Shown in pieces: positions 11,039 through 25,100 of a stretch of 64,000 nucleotides of DNA. Both the position numbers and the translations under genes were made by a program. Source of the stretch: Antedon mediterranea. Lineage: Eukaryota > Animalia > Echinodermata. The stretch is from positions 10,662,352 to 10,726,351 of the forward strand of contig NC_092678.1 in the NCBI RefSeq assembly GCF_964355755.1, in the 5' to 3' direction. The first letter of the stretch is position 1. Each line of letters starts with the position of its first letter. The notes below the pieces were generated by a model that saw only the letters and a list, made by a program, of their open reading frames with translations, was not told where the DNA came from and ran no database searches.

Positions 11039-14000
11039 GATCTAAAACGTTTTTAAAACGATATTAAGCTATTTTGTGCTCTTTGATGTTTTTGTGTATC
11101 CAAGTTTCATCGAAATGAACAAAATGGTCTAAAACGTCTCCAAATGCGATTTGAAGGTATTCTGAGCACTTTGGTGTTTTTGTGTGAAAAGTTTTAACGA
11201 AATGCTCAAAATGGTCTAAAACGGTTTCTAATGTGATTTTAACCACTTTGATGTTTTTGTGTAACCAAGTTCTTTTCGAAAATCACAAAATGGTCTAAAA
11301 CGTCTCCAAATGCGATTTGAAGCTTTTCTAAGCACTTTGATGTTTTTATGTAGCCAAGTTTTTTCGAAAATCACAAAATGGTCAAAAACGTCTCCAAATG
11401 CGATTTGAAGCTTTTCTAAGCACTTTGGTTTTTTTATGTTAACAAGTTTTTTCGAAAATCACAAAATGGTCTAAAACGTCTTCAAATGCGATTTGAAGAT
11501 ATTCTGAGCACTTTGGTGTTTTTCTGTTAAAAAGTATTTTCGAAAATCACAAAATGGCCTAAAACGTCTCCAAATGCGATTTGAAGCTATTCTGTACACT
11601 TTGATGTTTTGTGTGAAAAAGTTTTGTCAAAATGCTCAAAATGGTCTAAAACGTTTTTAAAACGATATTAAGCTATTTTGTGCTCTTTGATGTGTTTGTA
11701 TAACCAAGTTTTTTCGAAAATCACAAAATGGTCTAAAACGTCTCCAAATGCGATTTGAAGCTTTTCCAAGCACTTTGCTGTTTTTATGTTAACAATTTTT
11801 TTCGAAAATCATAAAATGGTCTAAAACGTCTCCAAATGCGATTTGAAGCTATTCTGTACACTTTGATGTTTTGTGTGAAAAGTTTTGTCGAAATGCTCAA
11901 AATGGTCTAAAACGTTTTTAAAACGATATTAAGCTATTTTGTGCTCTTTGATGTTTTTGTGTAACCAAGTTTCATCGAAATGAACAAAATGGTCTAAAAC
12001 GTCTCCAAATGCGATTTGAAGCTTTTCTAAGCACTTTGGTGTTTTTATGTTAACAAGTTTTTTCGAAAATCACAAAATGGTCTAAAACGTCTCCAAATGC
12101 GATTTGAAGATATTCTGAGCACTTTGCTGTTTTTATGTTAACAAGTTTTTTCGAAAATCACAAAATGGTCTAAAACGTCTCAAAATGCTATTTGAAGGTA
12201 TTCTGAGCACTTTGGTGTTTTTGTGTGAAAAGTTTTAACGAAATGCTCAAAATGGTCTAAAACGGTTCTAATGTGATTTTAAGCACTTTGATGTTTTTGT
12301 ATAACCAAGTTTCATCGAAATGCTCAAAATGGTCTAAAACGTTTTTAAAACGATATTAAGCTATTTTGTGCTCTTTGATGTTTTTGTGTAACGAAGTTTC
12401 ATCGAAATGAACAAAATGGTCTAAAACGTCTCCAAATGCGATTTGAAGCTTTTCCAAGCACTTTGCTGTTTTTATGTTAACAAGTTTTTTCGAAAATCAC
12501 AAAATGGCCTAAAACGTCTCAAAATGCGATTTCAAGGTATTCTGAGCACTTTGGTGTTTTTGTGTGAAAGGTTTTAACGAAATGCTCAAAATGGTCTAAA
12601 ACGGTTTCTAATGTGATTTTAAGCACTTTGATGTTTTTGTATAACCAAGTTTCATCGAAATGCACAAAATGGTCTAAAACGTCTCCAAATGCGATTTGAA
12701 GCTTTTCTAAGCACTTTGCTGTTTTTATGTTAAAAAGTTTTTTCGAAAATCACAAAATGGTCTAAAACGTCTCCAAATGCGATTTGAAGATATTCTGAGC
12801 ACTTTGGTGTTTTTATGTTAAAAAGTTTTTTCGAAAATCACAAAATGGTCTAAAACGTCTCCAAATGCGATTTGAAGATATTCTGAGCACTTTGGTGTTT
12901 TTATGTTAAAAAGTTTTTTCGAAAATCACAAAATGGTCTAAAACGTCTCCAAATGCGATTTGAAGCTATTCTGTACACTTTGATGTTTTGTGTGAAAAAG
13001 TTTTGTCGAAATGCTCAAAATGGTCTAAAACGTTTTTAAAACGATATTAAGCTATTTTGTGCTCTTTGATGTTTTTGTGTAACCAAGTTTTATCGAAATG
13101 AACAAAATGGTCTAAAACGTCTCCAAATGCGATTTGAAGCTTTTCTAAGCACTTTGCTGTTTTTATGTTAACAAGTTTTTTCGAAAATCACAAAATGGTC
13201 TAAAACGTCTCCAAATGCGATTTGAAGATATTCTGAGCACTTTGGTGTTTTTATGTTAAAAAGTTTTTTCGAAAATCACAAAATGGTCTAAAACGTCTCC
13301 AAATGCGATTTGAAGATATTCTGAGCACTTTGGTGTTTTTATGTTAAAAAGTTTTTTCGAAAATCACAAAATGGTCTAAAACGTCTCCAAATGCGATTTG
13401 AAGCTATTCTGTACACTTTGATGTTTTGTGTGAAAAAGTTTTGTCGAAAGGCTCAAAATGGTCTAAAACGTTTTTAAAACGATATTAAGCTATTTTGTGC
13501 TCTTTGATGTTTTTGTGTAACCAAGTTTTATCGAAATGAACAAAATGGTCTAAAACGTCTCCAAATGCGATTTGAAGCTTTTCCAAGCACTTTGCTGTTT
13601 TTATGTTAACAAGTTTTTTCGAAAATCACAAAATGGTCTAAAACGTCTCAAAATGCGATTTGAAGGTATTCTGAGCACTTTGGTGTTTTTGTGTGAAAAG
13701 TTTTAACGAAATGCTCAAAATTGTCTAAAACGGTTTCTAATGTGATTTTAAGCACTTTGATGTTTTTGTAAAACCAAGTTTCATCGAAATGAACAAAATG
13801 GTCTAAAATGTCTCCAAATGCGATTTGAAGCTTTTCCAAGCACTTTGCTGTTTTTATGTTAACAAGCTTTTTCGAAAATCACAAAATGGTCTAAAACGTC
13901 TCCAAATGCGATTTGAAGATATTCTGAGCACTTTGGTGTTTTTATGTTAAAAAGTTTTTTCGAAAATCACAAAATGGTCTAAAACGTCTCCAAATGCGAT

Positions 14001-17000
14001 TTGAAGATATTCTAAGCACTTTGGTGTTTTTATGTTAACAAGTTTTTTCGAAAATCACAAAATGGTCTAAAACGTCTCCAAATGCGATTTGAAGATATTC
14101 TGAGCACTTTGGTGTTTTTCTGTTAAAAAGTATTTTCGAAAATCACAAAATGGTCTAAAACGTCTCCAAATGCAATTTGAAGCTATTCTGTACACTTTGA
14201 TGTTTTGTGTGAAAAAGTTTTGTCAAAAGGCTCAAAATGGTCTAAAACGTTTTTAAAACGATATTAAGCTATTTTGTGCTCTTTGATGTTTTTGTATAAC
14301 CAAGTTTTTTCGAAAATCACAAAATGGTCTAAAACGTCTCCAAATGCGATTTGAAGCTTTTCTAAACACTTTGGTGTTTTTATGTTAACAAGTTTTTTCG
14401 AAAATCACAAAATGGTCTAAAACGTCTCCAAATCCGATTTGAAGCTATTCTGTACACTTTGATGTTTTGTGTGAAAAAGTTTTGTCGAAATGCTCAAAAT
14501 GGTCTAAAACGTTTTTAAAACGATATTAAGCTATTTTGTGCTCTTTGATGTTTTTGTGTAACCAAGTTTCATCGATATGAACAAAATGGTCTAAAACGTC
14601 TCAAAATGCGATTTGAAGGTATTCTGAGCACTTTGGTGTTTTTGGGTGAAAAGTTTTAACGAAATGCTCAAAATGGTCTAAAACGGTTTCTAATGTGATT
14701 TTAAGCACTTTGAAGTATTTGTAAAAACAAGTTTCATCGAAATGCACAAAATAGTCTAAAACGTCTCCAAATGCGATTTGAAGCTTTTCTAAGCACTTTG
14801 GTGTTTTTATGTTAACAAGTTTTTTCGAAAATCACAAAATGGTCTAAAACGTCTCCAAATGCGATTTGAAGATATTCTGAGCACTTTGGTGTTTTTATGT
14901 TAAAAAGTATTTTCGAAAATCACAAAATGGTCTAAAACGTCTCCAAATGCGATTTGAAGCTCTTCTGTACACTTTGATGTTTTGTGTGAAAAAGTTTAGT
15001 CGAAATGCTCAAAATGGTCTAAAACGTTTTTAAAACGATATTAAGCTATTTTGTGCTCTTTGATGTTTTTGTGTAACCAAGTTTCATCGAAAATCACAAA
15101 ATGGTCTAAAACGTCTCCAAATGCGATTTGAAGATATTCTGAGCACTTTGGTGTTTTTATGTTAACAAGTTTTTTCGAAAATCACAAAATGGTCTAAAAC
15201 GTCTCCAAATGCGATTTGAAGATATTCTGAGCACTTTGGTGTTTTTATGTTAAAAAGTTTTTTCGAAAATCACAAAATGGTCTAAAACGTCTCCAAATGC
15301 GATTTGAAGCTATTCTATACACTTTGATGTTTTGTGTTAAAAAGTTTTGTCGAAATGCTCAAAATGGTTTAAAACGTTTTTAAAACGATATTAAGCTATT
15401 TTGTGCTCTTTGATGTTTTTGTGTAACCAAGTTTCATCGAAATGAACAAAATGCTCTAAAACGTCTCCAAATGCGATTTGAAGCTTTTCCAAGCACTTTG
15501 CTGTTTTTATGTTAACAAGTTTTTTCGAAAATCACAAAATTGTCTAAAACGTCTCAAAATGCGATTTGAAGGTATTCTGAGCACTTTGGTGTTTTTGTGT
15601 GAAAAGTTTTAACGAAAAGCTCAAAATGGTCTAAAACGGTTCTAATGTGATTTTAAGCACTTTGATGTTTTTGTACAACCAAGTTTCATCGAAATGCTCA
15701 AAATGGTCTAAAACGTTTTTAAAACGATATTAAGCTATTTTGTCCTCTTTGATGTTTTTGTGTAACCAAGTTTCATCGAAATGAACAAAATGGTCTAAAA
15801 CGTCTCCAAATGCGATTTGAAGCTTTTCCAAGCACTTTGCTGTTTTTATGTTAACAAGTTTTTTCGAAAATCACAAAATGGTCTAAAACGTCTCAAAATG
15901 CGATTTGAAGGTATTCTGAGCACTTTGGTGTTTTTGTGTGAAAAGTTTTAACGAAATGCTCAAAATGGTCTAAAACGGTTTCTAATGTGATTTTAACCAC
16001 TTTGATGTTTTTGTGTAACCAAGTTTTTTCGAAAATCACAAAAGGGTCTAAAACGTCTCCAAATGCGATTTGAAGCTATTCTGTACACTTTGATGTTTTG
16101 TGTGAAAAAAGTTTTGTCGAAATGCTCAAAATGGTCTAAAACGTTTTTAAAACGATATTAAGCTATTTTATGCTCTTTGATGTTTTTGTGTAACCAAGTT
16201 TTTTCGAAAATCACAAAATTGTCTAAAACGTCTCCGAATGCGATTTGAAGCTCTTCTGTACACTTTGATGTTTTGTGTGAAAAAGTTTTCTCGAAATGCT
16301 AAAAATGGTATAAAAACGTTTTCCAATACCATATTAAGCTATTTTGTGCAATTTGATGTTTTTGTGTAACCAAGTTTTTTCGAAAATCACAAAATTGTCT
16401 AAAACGTCTCCGAATGCGATTTGAAGCTCTTCTGTACACTTTGATGTTTTGTGTGAAAAAGTTTTCTCGAAATGCTAAAAATGGTCTAAAACGTTTTCCA
16501 ATACCATATTAAGCTATTTTGTGCAATTTGATGTTTTTGTGTAACAAAGTTTTTTCGAAAATCACAAAATGGTCTAAAACGTCTCCAAATGCGATTTGAA
16601 GATATTCTGAGCACTTTGGTGTTTTTATGTTAAAAAGTTTTTTGGAAAATCACAAAATGGTCTAAAACGACTCCAAATGCGATTTGAAGCTATCCTGTAC
16701 ACTTTGATGTTTTGTGTGAAAAAGTTTTGTCGAAATGCTCAAAATGATCTAAAACGTTTTTAAAACGATATTAAGCTATTTTGTGCTCTTTGATGTTTTT
16801 GTGTATCCAAGTTTCATCGAAATGAACAAAATGGTCTAAAACGTCTCCAAATGCGATTTGAAGGTATTCTGAGCACTTTGGTGTTTTTGTGTGAAAAGTT
16901 TTAACGAAATGCTCAAAATGGTCTAAAACGGTTTCTAATGTGATTTTAACCACTTTGATGTTTTTGTGTAACCAAGTTCTTTTCGAAAATCACAAAATGG

Positions 17001-18789
17001 TCTAAAACGTCTCCAAATGCGATTTGAAGCTTTTCTAAGCACTTTGGTGTTTTTATGTTAACAAGTTTTTTCGAAAATCACAAAATGGTCTAAAACGTCT
17101 CAAAATGCGATTTGAAGGTATTCTGAGCACTTTGGTGTTTTTGTGTGAAAAGTTTTAACGAAATGCTCAAAATGGTCTAAAACGGTTTCTAATGTGATTT
17201 TAACCACTTTGATGTTTTTGTGTAACCAAGTTTTTTCGAAAATCACAAAATGGTCTAAAACGTCTCCAAATGCGATTTGAAGCTTTTCTAAGCACTTTGG
17301 TGTTTTTATGTTAACAAGTTTTTTCGAAAATCACAAAATGGTCTAAAACGTCTCCAAATGCGATTTGAAGCTATTCTGTACACTTTGATGTTTTGTGTGA
17401 AAAAAGTTTTGTCGAAATGCTCAAAATGGTCTAAAACGTTTTTAAAACGATATTAAGCTATTTTGTGCTCTTTGATGTTTTTGTGTAACCAAGTTTTATC
17501 GAAATGAACAAAATGTTCTAAAACGTCTCCAAATGCGATTTGAAGCTTTTCCAAGCACTTTGCTGTTTTTATGTTAAGTTTTTTCGAAAATCACAAAATG
17601 GTCTAAAACGTCTCTAAATGCGATTTGAAGGTATTCTGAGCACTTTGGTGTTTTTGTGTGAAAAGTTTTAACGAAATGCTCAAAATTGTCTAAAACGGTT
17701 TCTAATGTGATTTTAAGCACTTTGATGTTTTTGTAAAACCAAGTTTCATCGAAATGCACAAAATGGTCTAAAACGTCTCCAAATGCGATTTGAAGCTTTT
17801 CCAAGCACTTTGCTGTTTTTATGTTAACAAGCTTTTTCGAAAATCACAAAATGGTCTAAAACGTCTCCAAATGCGATTTGAAGATATTCTGAGCACTTTG
17901 GTGTTTTTATGTTAAAAAGTTTTTTCGAAAATCACAAAATGGTCTAAAACGTCTCCAAATGCGATTTGAAGCTCTTCTGTACACTTTGATGTTTTGTGTG
18001 AAAAAGTTTTGTCAAAATGCTCAAAATGGTCTAAAACGTTTTTAAAACGATATTAAGCTATTTTGTGCTCTTTGATGTTTTTGTATAACCAAGTTTTTTC
18101 GAAAATCACAAAATTGTCTAAAACGTCTCCAAATGCGATTTGAAGATATTCTGAGCACTTTGGTGTTTTTATGTTAAAAAGTTTTTTCGAAAATCACAAA
18201 ATGGTCTAAAACGTCTCCAAATTCGATTTGAAAAAATTCTGAGCACTTTGGTGTTTTTATGTTAAAAAGTTTTTTCGAAAATCACAAAATGGTCTAAAAC
18301 GTCTCCAAATGCGATTTGAAGCTCTTCTGTACACTTTGATGTTTTGTGTGAAAAAGTTTTGTCAAAATGCTCAAAATGGTCTAAAACGTTTTTAAAACGA
18401 TATTAAGCTATTTTGTGCTCTTTGATGTTTTTGTATAACCAAGTTTTTTCGAAAATCACAAAATTGTCTAAAACGTCTCCAAATGCGATTTGAAGATATT
18501 CTGAGCACTTTGGTGTTTTTATGTTAAAAAGTTTTTTCGAAAATCACAAAATGGTCTAAAACGTCTCCAAATGCGATTTGAAGATATTCTGAGCACTTTG
18601 GTGTTTTTCTGTTAAAAAGTATTTACGAAAATCACAAAATGGTCTAAAACGTCTCCAAATGCAATTTGAAGCTATTCTGTACACTTTGATGTTTTGTGTG
18701 AAAAAGTTTTGTCAAAATGCTCAAAATGGTCTAAAACGTTTTTAAAACGATATTAAGCTATTTTGTGCTCTTTGATGTTTTTGTATAAC

Positions 18790-21700
18790 CAAGTTTTTTC
18801 GAAAATCACAAAATGGTCTAAAACGTCTCCAAATGCGATTTGAAGCTTTTCTAAACACTTTGGTGTTTTTATGTTAACAAGTTTTTTCGAAAATCACAAA
18901 ATGGTCTAAAACGTCTCCAAATCCGATTTGAAGCTATTCTGTACACTTTGATGTTTTGTGTGAAAAAGTTTTGTCGAAATGCTCAAAATGGTCTAAAACG
19001 TTTTTAAAACGATATTAAGCTATTTTGTGCTCTTTGATGTTTTTGTGTAACCAAGTTTCATCGATATGAACAAAATGGTCTAAAACGTCTCAAAATGCGA
19101 TTTGAAGGTATTCTGAGCACTTTGGTGTTTTTGGGTGAAAAGTTTTAACGAAATGCTCAAAATGGTCTAAAACGGTTTCTAATGTGATTTTAAGCACTTT
19201 GAAGTATTTGTAAAAACAAGTTTCATCGAAATGCACACAATGGTCTAAAACGTCTCCAAATGCGATTTGAAGCTTTTCTAAGCACTTTGGTGTTTTTATG
19301 TTAACAAGTTTTTTCGAAAATCACAAAATGGTCTAAAACGTCTCCAAATGCGATTTGAAGATATTCTGAGCACTTTGGTGTTTTTATGTTTAAAAGTTTT
19401 TTCGAAAATCACAAAATGGTCTAAAACGTCTCCAAATGCGATTTGAAGCTATTCTGTACACTTTGATGTTTTGTGTGAAAAAGTTTTGTCGAAATGCTCA
19501 AAATGGTTTAAAACGTTTTTAAAACGATATTAAGCTATTTTGTGCTCTTTGATGTTTTTGTATAACCAAGTTTCATCGAAATGCACAAAATGGTCTAAAA
19601 CGTCTCCAAATACGATTTGAAGCTTTTCTAAGCACTTTGCTGTTTTTATGTTAACAAGTTTTTTCGAAAATCACAAAATGGTCTAAAACGTCTCCAAATG
19701 CGATTTGAAGATATTCTGAGCACTTTGGTGTTTTTATGTTAAAAAGTTTTTTCGAAAATCACAAAATGGTCTAAAACGTCTCCAAATGCGATTTGAAGAT
19801 ATTCTGAGCACTTTGGTGTTTTTATGTTAAAAAGTTTTTTCGAAAATCACAAAATGGTCTAAAACGTCTCCAAATGCGATTTGAAGCTATTCTGTACACT
19901 TTGATGTTTTGTGTGAAAAAGTTTTGTCGAAATGCTCAAAATGGTCTAAAACGTTTTTAAAACGATATAAAGCTATTTTGTGCTCTTTGAGGTTTTTGTG
20001 TAACCAAGTTTTTTCGAAAATCACAAAATGGTCTAAAACGTCTCCAAATGCGATTTGAAGCTTTTCTAAGCACTTTGGTGTTTTTATGTTAACAAGTTTT
20101 TTCGAAAATCACAAAATGGTCTAAAACGTTTTAAAATGCGATTTGAAGGTATTCTGAGCACTTTGGTGTTTTTGTGTGAAAAGTTTTAACGAAATGCTCA
20201 AAATGGTCTAAAACGGTTTCTAATGTGATTTTAACCACTTTGATGTTTTTGTGTAACCAAGTTTTTTCGAAAATCACAAAATGGTCTAAAACGTCTCCAA
20301 ATGCGATTTGAAGCTTTTCTAAGCACTTTGGTGTTTTTATGTTAACAAGTTTTTTCGAAAATCACAAAATGGTCTAAAACGTCTCCAAATGCGATTTGAA
20401 GCTATTCTGTACACTTTGATGTTTTGTGTGAAAAAAGTTTTGTCGAAATGCTTAAAATGGTCTAAAACGTTTTTAAAACGATATTAAGCTATTTTGTGCT
20501 CTTTGATGTTTTTGTGTAACCAAGTTTTATCGAAATGAACAAAATGGTCTAAAACGTCTCCAAATGCGATTTGAAGCTTTTCCAAGCACTTTGCTGTTTT
20601 TATGTTAACAGGTTTTTTCGAAAATCACAAAATGGTCTAAAACGTCTCAAAATGCGATTTGAAGGTATTCTGAGCACTTTGGTGTTTTTGTGTGAAAAAT
20701 TTTAACGAAATGCTCAAAATTGTCTAAAACGGTTTCTAATGTGATTTTAAGCACTTTGATATTTTTGTAAAACCAAGTTTCATCGAAATGCACAAAATGG
20801 TCTAAAACGTCTCCAAATGCGATTTAAAGCTATTCTAGACACTTTGATGTTTTGTGTGAAAAAGTTTTCTCGAAATGCTCAAAATGGTCTAAAACGTTTT
20901 CCAATACCATATTAAGCTATTTTGTGCAATTTGATGTTTTTGTGTAACCAAGTTTTTTGAAATGCGATTTGAAGATATTCTGAGGACTTTGGTGTTTTTA
21001 TGTTAAAAAGTTTTTTCGAAAATCACAAAATGGTCTAAAACGTCTCCAAATGCGATTTGAAGATATTCTGAGCACTTTGGTGTTTTTATGTTAAAAAGTT
21101 TTTTCGAAAATCACAAAATGGTCTAAAACGTCTCCAAATGCGATTTGAAGGTCTTCTGTACACTTTGATGTTTTGTGTGAAAAAGTTTTTTCAAAATGCT
21201 CAAAATGGTCTAAAACGTTTTTAAAACGATATTAAGCTATTTTGTGCTCTTTGATGTTTTTGTATAACCAAGTTTTTTCGAAAATCACAAAATGGTCTAA
21301 AACGTCTCCAAATGCGATTTGAAGCTTTTCCAAGCACTTTGCTGTTTTTATGTTAACAAGTTTTTTTCGAAAATCACAAAATGGTCTAAAACGTCTCAAA
21401 ATACGATATTAAGCTGTTTTGTGCACTTTGATGATTTGTGTGAAAAGTTTTAACGAAATGCTCAAAATGGTCTAAAACGGTTTCTAATGTGATTTTAAGC
21501 ACTTTGATGTTTTTATGTAGCCAAGTTTTTTCGAAAATCACAAAATGGTCAAAAACGTCTCCAAATGCGATTTGAAGCTTTTCTAAGCACTTTGGTGTTT
21601 TTATGTTAACAAGTTTTTTCGAAAATCACAAAATGGTCTAAAACGTCTTCAAATGCGATTTGAAGATATTCTGAGCACTTTGGTGTTTTTCTGTTAAAAA

Positions 21701-22110
21701 GTATTTTCGAAAATCACAAAATGGTCTATAACGTCTCCAAATGCGATTTGAAGCTATTCTGTACACTTTGATGTTTTGTGTGAAAAAGTTTTGTCAAAAT
21801 GCCCAAAATGGTCTAAAACGTTTTTAAAACGATATTAAGCTATTTTGTGCTCTTTGATGTGTTTGTATAACCAAGTTTTTTCGAAAATCACAAAATGGTC
21901 TAAAACGTCTCCAAATGCGATTTGAAGCTTTTCCAAGCACTTTGCTGTTTTTATGTTAACAATTTTTTTCGAAAATCATAAAATGGTCTAAAACGTCTCA
22001 AAATGCGATTTGAAGGTATTCTGAGCACTTTGGTGTTTTTGTGTGAAAAGTTTTAACGAAATGCTCAAAATGGTCTAAAACGGTTCTAATGTGATTTTAA
22101 GCACTTTGAT
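18790..22110 (+). repeat. ~3.3-kb satellite block duplicated at ~39730-43050 (offset ~20,940)
   Basis: Shared rare variants: TACGATTT 19611/40552, AACGATATAA 19961/40902, ATGGTCTATA 21721/42661. Block ends are approximate. Confidence 0.88.
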
Positions 22111-25100
22111 GTTTTTGTATAACCAAGTTTCATCGAAATGCACAAAATGGTCTAAAACGTCTCCAAATGCGATTTAAAGCTATTCTAGACACTTTGATGT
22201 TTTGTGTGAAAAATTTTCTCGAAATGCTCAAAATGGTCTAAAACGTTTTCCAATACCATATTAAGCTATTTTGTGCAATTTGATGTTTTTGTGTAACCAA
22301 GTTTTTTGAAATGCGATTTGAAGATATTCTGAGGACTTTGGTGTTTTTATGTTAAAAAGTTTTTTCGAAAATCACAAAATGGTCTAAAACGTCTCCAAAT
22401 GCGATTTGAAGATATTCTGAGCACTTTGGTGTTTTTATGTTAAAAAGTTTTTTGGAAAATCACAAAATGGTCTAAAACGACTCCAAATGCGATTTGAAGC
22501 TATCCTGTACACTTTGATGTTTTGTGTGAAAAAGTTTTGTCGAAATGCTCAAAATGATCTAAAACGTTTTTAAAACGATATTAAGCTATTTTGTGCTCTT
22601 TGATGTTTTTGTGTATCCAAGTTTCATCGAAATGAACAAAATGGTCTAAAACGTTTTTAAATACGATATTAAGCTGTTTTGTGCACTTTGATGATTTGTG
22701 TGAAAAGTTTTAACGAAATGCTCAAAATAGTCTAAAACGGTTTCTAATGTGATTTTAAGCACTTTGATGTTTTTGTGTAACCAAGTTTTTTCGGAAATCA
22801 CAAAATGGTCTAAAACGTCTCCAAATGCGATTTGAAGCTTTTCTAAGCACTTTGGTGTTTTTATGTTAACAAGTTTTTTCGAAAATCACAAAATGGTCTA
22901 AAACGTCTCAAAATGCGATTTGAAGGTAATCTGAGCACTTTGGTGTTTTTGTGTGAAAAGTTTTAACGAAATGCTCAAAATGGTCTAAAACGGTTTCTAA
23001 TGTGATTTTAACAACTTTGATGTTTTTGTGTAACCAAGTTTTTTCGAAAATCACAAAATGGTCTAAAACGTTTCCAAATGCGATTTGAAGCTTTTCTAAG
23101 CACTTTGGTGTTTTTATGTTAACAAGTTTTTTCGAAAATCACAAAATGGTCTAAAACGTCTCCAAATGCGATTTGAAGATATTCTGAGCACTTTGGTGTT
23201 TTTCTGTTAAAAAGTATTTTCGAAAATCACAAAATGGTCTAAAACGTCTCCAAATGCAATTTGAAGCTATTCTGTACACTTTGATGTTTTGTGTGAAAAA
23301 GTTTTGTCAAAATGCTCAAAATGGTCTAAAATGTTTTTAAAACGATATTAAGCTATTTTGTGCTCTTTGATGTTTTTGTATAACCAAGTTTTTTCGAAAT
23401 GAACAAAATGGTCTAAAACGTCTCCAAATGCGATTTGAAGCTTTTCTAAACACTTTGGTGTTTTTATGTTAACAAGTTTTTTCGAAAATCACAAAATGGT
23501 CTAAAACGTCTCCAAATCCGATTTGAAGCTATTCTGTACACTTTGATGTTTTGTGTGAAAAAGTTTTGTCGAAATGCTCAAAATGGTCTAAAACGTTTTT
23601 AAAACGATATTAAGCTATTTTGTGCTCTTTGATGTTTTTGTGTAACCAAGTTTCATCGATATGAACAAAATGGTCTAAAACGTCTCAAAATGCGATTTGA
23701 AGGTATTCTGAGCACTTTGGTGTTTTTGGGTGAAAAGTTTTAACGAAATGCTCAAAATGGTCTAAAACGGTTTCTAATGTGATTTTAAGCACTTTGAAGT
23801 ATTTGTAAAAACAAGTTTCATCGAAATGCACAAAATAGTCTAAAACGTCTCCAAATGCGATTTGAAGCTTTTCTAAGCACTTTGGTGTTTTTATGTTAAC
23901 AAGTTTTTTCGAAAATCACAAAATGGTCTAAAACGTCTCCAAATGCGATTTGAAGATATTCTGAGCACTTTGGTGTTTTTATGTTAAAAAGTATTTTCGA
24001 AAATCACAAAATGGTCTAAAACGTCTCCAAATGCGATTTGAAGCTCTTCTGTACACTTTGATGTTTTGTGTGAAAAAGTTTAGTCGAAATGCTCAAAATG
24101 GTCTAAAACGTTTTTAAAACGATATTAAGCTATTTTGTGCTCTTTGATGTTTTTGTGTAACCAAGTTTCATCGAAATGAACAAAATGGTCTAAAACGTCT
24201 CCAAATGCGATTTGAAGCTTTTCTAAGCACTTTGGTGTTTTTATGTTAACAAGTTTTTTCGAAAATCACAAAATGGTCTAAAACGTCTCCAAATGCGATT
24301 TGAAGATATTCTGAGCACTTTGCTGTTTTTATGTTAACAAGTTTTTTCGAAAATCACAAAATGGTCTAAAACGTCTCAAAATGCTATTTGAAGGTATTCT
24401 GAGCACTTTGGTGTTTTTGTGTGAAAAGTTTTAACGAAATGCTCAAAATGGTCTAAAACGGTTCTAATGTGATTTTAAACACTTTGATGTTTTGTGTGAA
24501 AAAGTTTTGTCAAAATGCTCAAAATGGTCTAAAACGTTTTTAAAACGATATTAAGCTATTTTGTGCTCTTTGATGTTTTTGTATAACCAAGTTTTTTCGA
24601 AAATCACAAAATGGTCTAAAACGTCTCCAAATGCGATTTTAAGATATTCTGAGCACTTTGGTGTTTTTATGTTAAAAAGTTTTTTCGAAAATCACAAAAT
24701 GGTCTAAAACGTCTCCAAATGCGATTTGAAGATATTCTGAGCACTTTGGTGTTTTTATGTTAAAAAGTTTTTTCGAAAATCACAAAATGGTCTAAAACGT
24801 CTCCAAATGCGTTTTGAAGCTATTCTATACACTTTGATGTTTTGTGTTAAAAAGTTTTGTCGAAATGCTCAAAATGGTTTAAAACGTTTTTAAAACGATA
24901 TTAAGCTATTTTGTGCTCTTTGATGTTTTTGTTTAACCAAGTTTCATCGAAATGAACAAAATGGTCTAAAACGTCTCCAAATGCGATTTGAAGCTTTTCC
25001 AAGCACTTTGCTGTTTTTATGTTAACAAGTTTTTTCGAAAATCACAAAATTGTCTAAAACGTCTCAAAATGCGATTTGAAGGTATTCTGAGCACTTTGGT

